Assembly: GCF_009914755.1 (NCBI RefSeq)
Contig: NC_060927.1
Strand: one strand, 5' to 3'
DNA: 64,000 nucleotides
Source: the human T2T-CHM13v2.0 reference genome, Homo sapiens
In this document: in pieces, positions 12,436-30,594 of the stretch
Numbering within the stretch: position 1 is the stretch's first letter
Layout: each line of letters opens with the position of its first letter
Program-made: the position numbers and the translations under genes
The notes under the pieces: model-generated
What the model was told of the DNA's origin: nothing
Database searches by the model: none
What the model saw: the letters and a program-made list of their open reading frames with translations, nothing else

Positions 12436-13475
12436 TACAGAGGAATATTAGTTACAACTGGAGTTTTTGACTTGAGTGCTCTGAATCTTAGTCCTGTGTT
12501 TTTTTATTTACTACACTAGGTTATTCACCAGCACTTGACAATAGATTGATGTTTTAGAAACTTCGTTTTAAAGGAAAGATGGATAGAAGTTGGCTCTGAA
12601 TGAAACATTAGGAAGTAATCAGGAACAGAGTTGAATACATAAGAACAGTATGAACTGTCTAGAAGCTAACGTATATAGACCTTAGGTTACATCCTGAGGC
12701 CAGTGGAGAACCTCTCAAGGTTTTTTTCTCCCAAAGAATGATTAGCAACATCCTAGAAAGCCAGACTTAACAGATACTAGTTTGTCTTATGTAAGTTGCT
12801 CTTAATTAATACTGTCTTTGAGCCTCGGGAGTGTCAGAAGGTGATCTGTGTTCTCTGAAAGTAGTAATTCTTTTAGCAAAATCTTGGTTGCATGGAGAAA
12901 ATGGCATTTTAACTAGGCTTTGAAACAGATAAAAAATTTTACAGGCTGACATGGGGAGGGGCATTCTTTGTTAAAGGTCAAAGTGTTTTAGCCCAAGTAA
13001 GGAAAAATAACCCATTTTCTTTTGTTCTTATCTCCTAGGAATTGACTCAAAAGGTGTAAATGTCTTGAGATTTTAAAACCAGGGGTAGACCAGGATTCCA
13101 AACCTAATGTAACTCAGGAGCTTATCAAATCCAACCAAACAATTTAGTACTAGACCTCTGATTTTCTGTTTCCCAGTCCCCTCCCTGCTCTTCCAATGCA
13201 CTGTAGAATTCCTCCTTGAGTCATTGTCAAGGATAAATAGCCCTAACATTCTTCAGCCATTACTTCTGAATCTTACCTTTTAAGGTTCTCCAATATGATC
13301 GATCTCCTTAGTATGAGCTTAAGTGTTTTAGTGGCCCAGACTATTTGATCTATACCTTCCTAAATTAGATACTGATTTTTAGGGTGAGTTTTTTGTTGTT
13401 TTCCTAACTTGGAAAAATTGTGCTGGAGCAACTGGACATCAATATGAATTAAAATGAAGCATTATTTCACTTCGA

Positions 13476-13570
13476 TGATCCAATCATCTCCCACCAGAAC
13501 CCCCACTTCCAAAATTGGAGATTACATTTCAATATGAGATTTGGGCAGGGACACACATCCGAACTGTCAC
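13476..13570 (-). mobile_element. MaLR (MST/THE1-type) LTR fragment
   Basis: tcaatatgagatttgggcagggacacacatccgaac resembles the reverse complement of an MST LTR start. Confidence 0.6.
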
Positions 13571-13801
13571 TGTACATTTAAGATTTGTTCATGTTAAGCA
13601 TTTTTAACCTAATGCAAAATAAAAGCATAAACTAGATACTTATCTCTTTAAAATACTTTACCCAGAAGACAGCAAAGAGATAAGAAGAGGACTATATGGA
13701 AGAAAAGTTAGGTATCATGGAGAATGGGATAAGTATGTCTAATGTACTTCTGATCGGAGTTCCAGAGTAAGCAGAGAGGATGGAGAAGAGACAATATTTT
13801 A

Positions 13802-14167
<366 letters not shown>

Positions 14168-14359
14168 TCACAATGCATTCTAAATAAGATTAAAACATGC
14201 CTATAAACATTGTAATGAAATGGAAGAATATCAAAACAAAGTGAAGATACTGATTTCTGCTACCTAGATGATGGGTTAGGAATGAGGGTGAAATAAATTT
14301 CAGAAAAATTAAAACAGTTTGCCACTAGCAGAAGCTCAAGCTCACCAAAGGAAATCCTG

Positions 14360-14550
14360 TTCTATACAACTGTAGGATGACTATAGTTAACAATAATAGA
14401 TAGTTTCAAATAGCTAGAAGGAGGAATATTAAATGTTTCCAAAACAAATGATAAATGTTTGAGATGATGGATATGCTAATTACCGTCATCTGATTACTAT
14501 ACATTGCATGTAACAAAACATCACTATGTAGCCCTTGAATATTTTTTTAA
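14360..14550 (+). mobile_element. L1MA 3' UTR fragment
   Basis: atgataaatgtttgagatgatggatatgctaattacc is characteristic of L1MA 3' ends. Confidence 0.7.
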
Positions 14551-14685
14551 ATTAAATTTTTAAAGACGTCAGAAAAAAAAGGATGTGCTTTAGGCAGAAG
14601 GAATGTGATATCAGAAGAACTAAGATGGAAGAAAAAAAGGCAAACAAAACAGGTGGGCAAGTGCAAAAGGTGATTTACCATATTA

Positions 14686-15165
<480 letters not shown>

Positions 15166-15609
15166 TTAATCAAAGTAAGGAGGGAGAGAAATGGAGTTAA
15201 AGAGTTCTACAAAGCATTGTGTTATCCAGGAAGAAGATGAAGACTAATTTTAATTTTTGTTAAGTATACATATTGTAATAAGTGGGGTAACCATAAAAGA
15301 ACATAAATAGTGTAACTAGTATACTTGTAGAAGGAGAAAACATGAAAGAATTCTTTTTTAAAAATCAGTTCAAAGGAAGGCCAGAAAGGAAAAGTAGTAT
15401 GAAATAATACAGTTTTAAATCCAAATCTATCAGTACCATTGACCCTTGAACAACACAGGTTTGAACTGCAAGGGTTTGCTAATACATAGATTGTTTTCAA
15501 TAAATTTATTGAAACATTTTTTTGGAGATTTGTAACAATTTGGGGGAAAAAAAACTCACAAACTATGTAGCCTAGAGGTAACAAAAAAATTAAGAAAAAG
15601 TTTCATATG

Positions 15610-16059
15610 TGTTCCATGACAGATCCATATATACAGACACAGAAGGGGCCTAGAAATCAAAGAATGAGGCAAACAAATCCGTTTGTCAGTATAGGGTGAT
15701 TGGTTTAGAGAACTTACCAACAGAAGCATGGTCTTGGGCCACTGCAAGACAGGCAGAGCTTTGCTGTTACCCTCAGCCCCAGGGCTTTATACCATAGAAA
15801 AAGGGGGTACATGTTCTGTGCAAGACAGTTAGAGACCACCCTCCAGAACAGGCAAGAGAATCCTGTGTGCATCATAGCCTATAATTTGTGCAATAACATT
15901 AAGGTTGCTTTGATCTAAAGGCAAGATTTATAGTGAGTACATGCTCTTACATTAAGGATAGTAAATAAAGTGAAATCAGGAGGCATTCATGATACTGGGG
16001 CCAATCATAAGTCAACACGATGGATTAGCATCCAAGATGGTGTCACTTGTGTCTCCACA
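15610..16059 (-). mobile_element. Solo ERVL-type LTR (LTR47-like)
   Basis: 450 bp TG...CA element with 5-bp TSD atatg/gtatg. Minus strand begins TGTGGAGACACAAGTGACACCATCTTGGATGCTAATCC. Confidence 0.7.
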
Positions 16060-17051
16060 GTATGTGATGAATGCATAAAATAATTGTAGATAGTACTTTA
16101 TAATTTACTACCATAGAATATATACAAATCTATTTTAAAAAGTCAAAATTTATCAAAATTTATGCTCACAAACCATACATGGTGCCATTCGCAGTCCAGA
16201 GCAATGTAAGCAAATGTAAAGAGGCAGTATTATAAGCATATAAAATTAACTAGTGCATACTTTACTACTGTAATAATTTTATAGCCACCTCTTGTTGCTA
16301 TTGTGGTGAGCCCAAGTATTGCAAGTATCCATTTAAAATGCTGTGTGACATGACACTAATCATCTCAAATGAGCAGTTCCTCTCTCCGGTAAATTGTTCA
16401 TTGCAGTAAAAAGTGGTATCTCTTGGTTCTCAGGTGTTTTTTGTAGTGTTTAGTGCAATACCATAAACGTTGAGTAACACCATTAGACTCATGCAAAATA
16501 CAACTATAAGTGCTGGAAGTGCTCCCAAGAAGCAGAGAAACGCATGACATTACAAGAAAAAGTTTAACTGCTTGATGTGTGCTATAGACTGAGGTTCGCA
16601 GCTGCATTGGCCTGCCATTCAAGATAAATTAATCTAGCTAAGGACCGTTGTACAAAAAGGAAAAGAAATTTGTGAAGCCATGGCTGTGGCTACACCAGTA
16701 GGTGTGAAAACCTGGCACTTTTTTTGTGAAATACTTTTTTATCTCATTGCAAATGCAGCTTTTATGTAAGGCAGGATTGCTATAAAAAAGGCATTACCTA
16801 TAGACTAATACGATTTGAGAAAAGGTGAAGTCACTATATGGCAACTTAAAACAAAAGGAAAGTGAGGGGTCTAAAGCTAGAGAATGTAATGCCAGCAAAG
16901 GATGGTTTGATAATTTTGGAAGAGATTTGGCTTTAAAATTGTCAAGATAACAGAAGAAGCAGCTTCTGCCAACCAAGAGACAGCACACACATTCCCAGAA
17001 ACCATTAGGAAAATCATTGAGGAGAAAGGATAGCTGCCTACACAGGTTTTT

Positions 17052-17297
17052 GTTTTGTATTGTTTCCATTTTTGTTTTCTAGAGAGCGAGTCTTGCTCTG
17101 TCACTTAGGCTGGAGTGTGATGGTGCAATCACGGCTCACTGTAACCTTGAATTGCTTCTGGGCTCAACCAATTCTCTCACCTCAGCCTTTCAAGTAATTA
17201 AGACCATAGGCACGCATGACCAGGCCCTGCTAATTTTTTTTCCTTTTTTTTTTTTTTTTTTTTGTAGAGACAGGGTCTTGCTATGTAACCCAGGCTT
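17052..17297 (-). mobile_element. 5'-truncated AluJ inside Tigger2
   Basis: Alu right arm plus linker, TSD acaggttttt (~17042 and ~17301). Confidence 0.85.
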
Positions 17298-17639
17298 TGA
17301 ACAGGTTTTAATGCAAACAAAAGTGCCCTATTCTGGGGGGAAAAATGCCACAAAAGACATTAATTAGTAAGGAAGGGAAGTGAGCAACAGGATTTAAGGC
17401 TGGAAGGGATAAGCTAACTCTACTGATGTGTGCAAATGTAGTTAGGTTTATGATCAGGACTGTCCTTACCTATAAAATCTGCTAACCCCCAACCCTTAAA
17501 GGGAAAAGATAAAAATTAGCTGCCAGTCTTCTAGTTGCACAACAAGAAGGCCTGGACAAGAACCCTTTTTCTGAATTGGTTCCATCAATGCTCTGTCCCT
17601 GAATTCAGGAAGTACCTTGTCAATAAGGGACTGCCTTTT

Positions 17640-17825
17640 CTTCTTTCTTTTTTTTTTTAAATTTTAAGTTCTGGGATACATGTGCAGAACGTGCAGGTTT
17701 GTTGCATAGGTATACATGTGCCATGGTGGTTTGCTGCACCTATCAACCCATCATCTAGGTTTTAAGCTCCACATGCATTAGGTATTTGTCCTAATGTTCT
17801 CCCTCCCCTTGACCCCCACTCCCTG
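17640..17825 (-). mobile_element. L1PA 3'-end fragment inside Tigger2
   Basis: L1PA 3' UTR reverse complement with perfect TSD gggactgcctttt (17627-17639, 17826-17838). Confidence 0.92.
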
Positions 17826-18641
17826 GGGACTGCCTTTTAAAGCTCTTATGATACTGGATAATGCCTCTGGCCACCCATGAGTTCAACCCCATGAATTCAA
17901 TACCAAGGTCATCAAAGTGGTCTACTTGCCCCAAACCCAATGTCTCTACATCAGCCACTGACCACCAGATCATCAGAGATCTGGGGGTCATAAGGTTTAA
18001 GGTTAATTAAACACAGTATTCTGTGGAAGGGATTGTCAATGCTGTGCAAGAAAACCCTGACAGAGAGAACATCATAAAAGCCTGGAAGAATTACACTATT
18101 GAAAATGCCATTGCTGTTGACATATTCTTAGATTGTTTCAGGTATTTGGGCCCTATGACATATTTTTTATAGACATCAGATTTTCAAGACAATCTAGTTA
18201 AGACAATTCATTTAGATTGTCTTATTACTTGAAACAGGAAATTCCTGCTGGAGAAAACTGTGTCCAGATCTTGTGCATGAATTCAGAGGATTCATGACAG
18301 AGCCAATCACAGATATCATGAAAGAGACTGTGGCTGTGGGCAAAACAGATAGGGAGTTAAGAGTTTTAAGATACAGATCTTGGAGAAATTCAAGAGCGAA
18401 TAGACACCATGCCAGAGGAATTAAGAGAAGTTGACTTGACAGAGATAAGTGCTTCCAAACCAGTGCCAGATGATAAGGATGAAGATGTAGAGGAGGCAGT
18501 GACAGAAAACAACTTGACATTAAGCAATCTGGCAGAAGGATTCTGATTATTCAAGACTACTTTTGACTTCTTTTACAACATGGAGCATTCTATGATACCA
18601 GAAATGAAGCCAAAGCAAAAGGTGAAAGGAGAATTGGTACC

Positions 18642-19049
18642 TGATATAGTTAGGATATTTGTGTCCTCCAAATCACAATTTGATCGCTAGTGTTGAAGGT
18701 GAGGCCTAGTGAGAGGTGTTTGGGAAGTAGGGGCCCATCCCTCGTGAATGGCTTTGTGCCCTCCCCACAGCAACGATTGAGTTCTCATTTCATTACATCG
18801 TGACAGCTGGTTGTTTAAAAGAGTGTGGCATCCCTCACCTTGCTTTCTCTTGCTCTCTCTCTCACCATGTGACACACTGGCCCCCCTTCCCCTTCGACCA
18901 CAACTGGAAGCTTCCTGAGGCCTTCACCAGAAGCAGGTGGTGGTTCCATGCTTCCTGTACGGTCTGCAGGACCATAGCCATATAAACCTCGTTTTCTTTA
19001 TACATTACACAGCTCAGGTATTCCTTTACAGGAGTGCAAAATGGACTAA
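18642..19049 (+). mobile_element. Solo MaLR LTR (MSTB-like) inside Tigger2
   Basis: Starts tgatatagttaggatatttgtgtcctccaaatc, contains gaagcttcctgaggccttcaccagaagcag, ends aaatggactaag. Confidence 0.8.
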
Positions 19050-20116
19050 GTGTCATATGGTAACATTTTTAGAGAAATGAAAAAGCAAAAATGGAGGGGC
19101 CGTTCCAAGATGGCTGAATAGGAACAGCTCCAGTCTACAGCTCCCAGCGTGAGCGACGCAGAAGATGGGTGATTTCTGCATTTCCAACAGAGGTACCAGG
19201 TTCATCTCACTGGGGCTTGTTGGACAGTGGGTGCAGGACAGTGGGTGCAGCCCACCAAGCGTGAGCCAAAGCAGGGTGAGCATTGCCTCACCCAGGAAGC
19301 GCAAGGGGTCAGGGAATTCCCTTTCCTAGCCAAGGGAAACCATGAAGGACGGCACCTGGAAAATCAGGTCACTCCCACCCTAATACTGCACTTTTCCAAT
19401 GGTCTTAGCAAATGGCACACCAGGAGATTATATCCCACGCATGGCTCACAGGGTCCCACGCCCACAGAGCCTCGCTCATTGTAGCACAGCAGTCTGAGAT
19501 TGATCTGCAAGGCAGCAGCGAGGCTGGGGGAGGGGTGCCTGACATTGCTGAGGCTGAGTAGATAAACAAAGTGTCCAGGAAGCTTGAAATGGATGGGGCC
19601 CACTGCAGCTCAAGGAGGTCTGCTTGCCTCTGTAGACTCCACCTCTGGGGGGAGGGCATAGCCAAACAAAAGGTAGCAGAAACCTCTGCAGACTTAAATG
19701 TCCCTGTCTGACAGCTTTGAAGTGAGTAGTGGTTCTCCCAGCATGGAGTTTGAGATCTGAGAACGGACAGACTGCCCCCTTAAGTGGGTCCCTGACCCCC
19801 GAGTAGTCTAACTGGGAGGCAACCCCAGTAGGGGCAGACTGAAACCTCACACGGCCGGGTATCCCTCTGAGATGAAGCTTCCAGAGGAACGATCAGGCAG
19901 CAACATTTGCTGTTCAGCAATATTCGCTGTTCTGCAGCCTCCACTGCTGATACCCAGGCAAACGGTCTGGAGTGGACCTCCAGCAAACCCCAATAGACCT
20001 GCAGCTGAGGGTCCTGACTGTTAGAAGGAAAACTAACAAACAGAAAGGACATCCACACCAAAACCCCATCTGTACGTCACCATCATCAAAGACCAAAGGT
20101 AGATAAAACCACAAAG

Positions 20117-21133
20117 ATGGGGAAAAAACAGAGCAGAAAAGCTGAAAATTCTAAAAATCAGAGCGCCTCTCCCCCTCCAAAGGAATGGAGCTCCTTGCCA
20201 GCAATGGAACAAAGCTGGATAGAGAATGACTTTGACGAGTTGAGAGAAGAAGGCTTCAGACAATCAAACTTCTCCGAGCTAAAGGAGGAAGGTCGAACCC
20301 ATCACAAAGAAGCTAAAAACCTTGAAAAAAGATAAGACGAATGGCTAGCTAGAATAACCAGTGTAGAGAAGTCCTTAAATGACCTGATGGAGCTGAAAAA
20401 CATTGCATGAGAACTACGTGACGAATGCACAAGCTTCAGTAGCCGATTCCATCAATTGGAAGAAAAGCTATCAGTGATTGAAGATCAAATGAATGAAATG
20501 AAGCCAGAAGAGAAGTTTAGAGAAAAAAGAGTAAAAAGAAACAAACAAAGCCTCCAAGAAATATGGGACTATGTGAAAAGACCGAATCTACGTCTGATTG
20601 GTGTACCTGAAAGTGACGGGGGGAATTGAACCAAGTTGGAAAACACTCTACGGGATATTATCCAGGAGAACTTCCCCAACCTAGCAAGGCAGGCCAACAT
20701 TCAAATTCAGGAAATACAAAGAGCACCACAAAGATACTCCTCGAGAAGAGCAACTCCAAGACACGTAATTGTTAGATTCACTGAAGTTGAAATGAAGGAA
20801 AAAATGTTAAAGGCAGCCAGAGAGAAAGGTTGGGTTACCCACAAAGGGAAGCCCATCAGACTAACAGCTGATCTCTCAGCAGAAACTCTACATGCCAGAA
20901 GAGAGTGGGGGCCAATATTCAACATTCTTAAAGAAAAGAATTTTCAACCCAGAATTTCATATCCAGCCAAACTAAGCTTCATAAGTGAAGGAGAAATAAA
21001 ATCCTTTACAGACAAGCAAATGCTGAGAGATTTTGTCACCATCAGGCCTGCCCTAAAAGAGCTCCTGAAGGAAGCACTAAACATGGAAAGGAAGAACTGG
21101 TACCAGCCACTGCAAAAACATGCCAAATTGTAA
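20117..21133 (+). pseudogene. Disrupted L1 ORF1p
   Basis: MGKKQSRK... start, premature stop at 20333-20335 and others, C-terminus ...YQPLQKHAKL. Confidence 0.95.
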
Positions 21134-21196
21134 AGACCATCGAGGCTAGGAAGAAACTGCATCAACTAACAAGCAAAATAACAAGCTAACATCATA

Positions 21197-24983
<3,787 letters not shown>

Positions 24984-26303
24984 ACAATGGGAACACTTGG
25001 ACACAGGAAGGGGAACATCCCACACCAGGGCCTGTCATGGGGTAGGGGGAGTCAGGAGGAGGGATAGCATCAGGAGATATACCTCATGTAAATGGTGAGC
25101 TAATGGGTGCAGCATACCAACATGGCGCATGTATACATATGTAACAAACCTGCACGTTGTGCACATGTACCCTAGAACTTAAAGTATAATAAAAGAAAGA
25201 AAAAGAAAACATGACAGACAGAAATTATGATGTACTTCTATAGAGTGTATACGGAGTGTGCCAGGCTCTCCTGCCTCCCCTTCCATTCCCTCTACCTCTT
25301 GTGCCTCTGACACCTGAGACAGCAAGACCAGCCCCTTCTTCCTCCTCCTCCTCCTCATACTAAACATCACAATGACGAGGATAAAGACCTTTATGTTGAT
25401 CTGCTTTCACTTAATAGTAAATTTATTTTCTCTTCCTTATGATTTTTTCTCTTAATTTATTGTAAAAATACAATATATAATATTTAACATATGAAATGTG
25501 TGTTGATCAACCGTTTATGTTATTGGTAGGTCTTCTAGTTGACAGTAGACTATAAGTACTTTAGTTTGGGGAGTCAAAAGTTACACATGGATGTTTAACT
25601 CTGGGGGGGCTCGGTGCCCCTAACCTCAACATTATTCGAGGGCCAAACTATAGTTACATGAAGTGGGAATGGACCAAATGTTCTGATTTAAAGATTATCA
25701 GACAGGATTTTGAAACTACAACAACCAACAAACTATTTGTAAGAGACATGGCTAAAACCTAAAGGTATGCTAAAGTTGAAAATAAAGGAATGAAGGGGAT
25801 AAGGCATGAAAACATTACCCAAAGGAAAACAGTCATATTACTCTCAAACAAAACTCACTTTAAGGCAAGAAAGCATTACTAAAATTCAAGGTTACCTCAT
25901 GATAAATAAAAGGTTTGTTTCACCAAAGATATAATGATTAAAAAGTTTCATATATTTAAAAAATTTCCACAGTACATAGAGTCAAAGGTGAGATTGAAAA
26001 GAACCATAAGAATTGAAAGAACCACAAGAAGAACCTCAACCACAAGAATTGAAAGAACCTCAAAAAATTCCAAAGTATTATAATCATATAGAGGTTGTTT
26101 TCTGACCACAATACGACTAAGCTGGAAATCAACAAGGAGATAATTGAAGAACCAAATATGTTTGGAAATCAAAGAAGCACATATGTTTGGAAATTAAGAC
26201 ATTATTCTAGGTGACCCATAGGTCAGATAAATCAAGTGAAACAAATATTTTTGAACTGAATGATAGTAAAAATTCTAAATGTCAAAACTGGTGAGATGCA
26301 GCT

Positions 26304-27038
<735 letters not shown>

Positions 27039-27316
27039 TTAAGTAGTCTTTAGAAAAACAATTTAAAATTTAAGTCTGTGTATTAGAAAAGGAAAAAGGC
27101 TGAAAATTAATGAGATAAGTATTTAATTAAGGCAGGCTAGAGCGCAGTAGTATAGAGACATAAATGCATAGTGGTTCAACCTGGTAGACATTTATTTGTT
27201 CCTCATTTAGTAGTCTTGGACAGAGGAATGAGTGTTCTTCTCCAGCAGCCTTTCAGGGACTCAGCTGCCTGAGGCTCTGCTATTCTCCACATGTGCCTTC
27301 TAAGGTTGCACTGGGG

Positions 27317-27497
27317 CTGTGGTTCTCAAACTTTAGCATGTATCCAAAACACCTGGAGGGACGTTTAAACACTGATTGCTGGGTGCTACCCCCAGAGTTT
27401 GATTTAGGAGGTCCAAGGTTATGGCCCATGAATTTGCATTTCTAATAGGTTCATGGGTGCTGCTGCTGCTATTGGTTCAAGGACCACGCTTTAGTAT
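27317..27497. mobile_element. MER5A-like hAT MITE
   Basis: gtggttctcaaacttt...gaatttgcatttctaa...ggaccacgcttt. Confidence 0.75.
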
Positions 27498-27774
27498 CTA
27501 TCTCTAAGTCAGCTGAAAAGAGAATGATTATAGGGGAATACATAACTTCTGCTCACGTTTTACTGGCTAGAAGCCAGTCAGATGGCCACATCTACTTGCA
27601 AGGGAGGCTGGCAACTACCCAGTAGCTGTTGGCTCATGAAGAAAAGGAAACAATTATTACTGCTGTGTCTTCCAAATGGTGACTTTCTATTTCCATATTC
27701 CTTCTACATTTATTCATTGGAATTCTATTATAAGAATGGTGTCTTCACCCAATTTATTTATTTATCCAATTATT

Positions 27775-27910
27775 TATTACTTTCTTTATAGAGATGTGGT
27801 CTCACTATATTGCCCAGGTTGGTCTTGGCCTCAAGAGATCCTCCTGCGATCATCCCACCCTGGGCTCCCAAAGTGCTAGGATTACAGGCGTGAGCCATCA
27901 CACCCAGCCC
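27775..27910 (-). mobile_element. Alu left monomer (FLAM-like)
   Basis: Single arm ending gagccatcacacccagcc. Confidence 0.75.
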
Positions 27911-28533
27911 AATTATCTAATTATTTAACCACTATGGTGGTTGTTCGATTTATTCTATGTGTAATAATCTACTGATTATTACATGTTCTTTTGCTCAAAT
28001 TGTTCCAGAGTTACCCACTAGGATCTCCTTCAAGTTTTCTTCTGTCTCATTTTAACATACCTTCTTCACTATTTTTGTGCATTTTCTTACCTTCTGGCAC
28101 CACAAGATGTTTCACATTCATCTTGTACTTGCCCTATTCCAGCCATGGGAATCAGACATTTCTCCAAGCATCACTAGTTGCTTTCATTGGAGGATGCTGT
28201 TTAGAAACAATATCTAAGCACTGGGTATAATCATTGTTCATGGGGTATCATGGCTTCTAGGCCATCTCAGCAATAGAACCAGTATATACACATACATGTA
28301 TATATCTGTATCTATAGCTGTATATCTATTTGTATATAACTGTATATCTAGTACCATGAGTTCATACTAATACATTCTATTCCAAACCAGCACCACAGTG
28401 TTCATTCTAACAGTCTCCTTTCCTTTATTTGTAACTTCTTTCTCTGACAGTGAGAAACCTGGTTCTCATTGTTCATGGTGAGTCCTAGAATACACATAAG
28501 GCCATTTAAAAATTGTAAATTTCACTCCTCTGA

Positions 28534-29009
<476 letters not shown>

Positions 29010-29267
29010 TAACTTTTATTTTAAGTTCAGGGATACATGTGCAGGGTGTGCAGGTTTGTTGCATAGGTAAACATGTGCCATGGTGGTTTGCTGCACAAAT
29101 CAACCCATCACCTAAGTATTAAGCTATTAAGCCCAGCATTCATTAGCTATTCTTCCTGATGCTCTGTCTCCCTGCCCCTCCAACAGGCCCCAGTGTGTGT
29201 TGTTCCCCGCCATGTGTCCATGTGTTCTCATCATTCAGCTCCCACTTATAAGTGAGAACATGCAGAT
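29010..29267 (-). mobile_element. L1PA 3'-end fragment
   Basis: L1PA 3' UTR. TSD gcacccatttta (28650-28661, 29268-29279) brackets both the L1 and the AluY. Confidence 0.9.
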
Positions 29268-29279
29268 GCACCCATTTTA

Positions 29280-30590
29280 AATACAGATACACAGAGAGAT
29301 TAGAAGTAAATAAAAGGATGAAAAGAGATATACCATGCAAACACTAAGCACAAGAAGCTAAGTGGCTATATTAACATCACATAAAGCAGACATACTCCAA
29401 GCAAAAGCTTACAACTGAAAGTAAAAATAGACAAATCCATAACTATTGTTGGAAACATCAACACTCCTGTCTTAATAAGTGGTAGAACAAATAGACAAAA
29501 AGTCAGTAAAGATATACAAGATTTGAACAATACTATCAACCAACTTGATCTAATTGGCATTTATAGAATACTCCATCCAATAAAGCAAAAAATTTTCTTT
29601 TCAATGCATACGGTTCATTCACCAACATAGACTATATACTGGGTCATAAAAGAAGTCTCAATAAATGTAAAAGGATTTAAATAATACAGAGTATTATTTA
29701 AAGTAGAATAAAATCAGAAATTAATTACAGAAAAATACCTGAAATATCCCTCCTAATATTCTGAAGTTAAACAGCATACTTCTAAATAATCCATGGGTCA
29801 AAGAAGAAATCATAAGATTCTTTAGAAAATACTTTGAGCTGAATGATCACGAAAACACCATATCAAAATTTGTGGGATGCATTTAAAGATGTGCTTTAAA
29901 GGGAAATAAATGGCTTTAATGGTAAAAATAGAAAAGTATAAAATAAAAGATCTAAGCTCCCACCTTAAAAAACTAGAAAAAGAAGAGCTAATTTATCCCT
30001 AAATAGAAAAAAGGAAATAATAAAGATAATAATAAAGAAATCAATAAAATAAAAAGTGTAAAACATTCATGAACTAAAAGCTGGTTTTTTGAAAGATTAA
30101 TAAAGTTGATACAACCCTGGCTAGACTGATAAAAAGAATAAGACAGGCTGGGCGTGGTGGCTCAAGACTGTAATGCCAACACTTTGGGGGCCAAGGCAGG
30201 AGGATCACTTGAGCCCAGGAGTTCGAGACCATCCTGAGCAATATAGTGAGACCTCATCTCCATCAAAAAATTTAAAAGCTAGCTGGGCATGGTGGCATGT
30301 GCCTGTAGTCCCAGCTACTTGGGAAGCTGAGGTAGAGGGATCACTTGAGTCCAAGAAAGTTGAGGCTGCAGTGAATGCACCACTGTACTCCAGCCTGGGT
30401 GACAGAGTGAGACCCTGCCTCAAAAAAAAAAAAAGACTAAGACACAAGTTAGCAATATCATAAATAAAACAGAGACAAATACTACCAATGCTACAAATAC
30501 TGAAATAATAAGATAATAAGCAAATGTGAAGATCTTTATGCCAATAAATGCAACAACTTAGAGGAAAAGAATAGATTTCTTGAAATGGTG
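29280..30590 (+). mobile_element. Old L1M ORF2 remnants
   Basis: A-rich L1 endonuclease-region sequence such as aaaagctggttttttgaaagattaataaagttga. Confidence 0.75.
30146..30433 (+). mobile_element. AluJ
   Basis: ggatcacttgagcccagg, TSD aagaataagaca / aagactaagaca. Confidence 0.92.
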
Positions 30591-30594
30591 ATCT

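Noticed and set aside
16400-18640. Functional Tigger transposase (TIGD-like gene)
   Set aside because: No long + strand ORF, and the region is interrupted by insertions.
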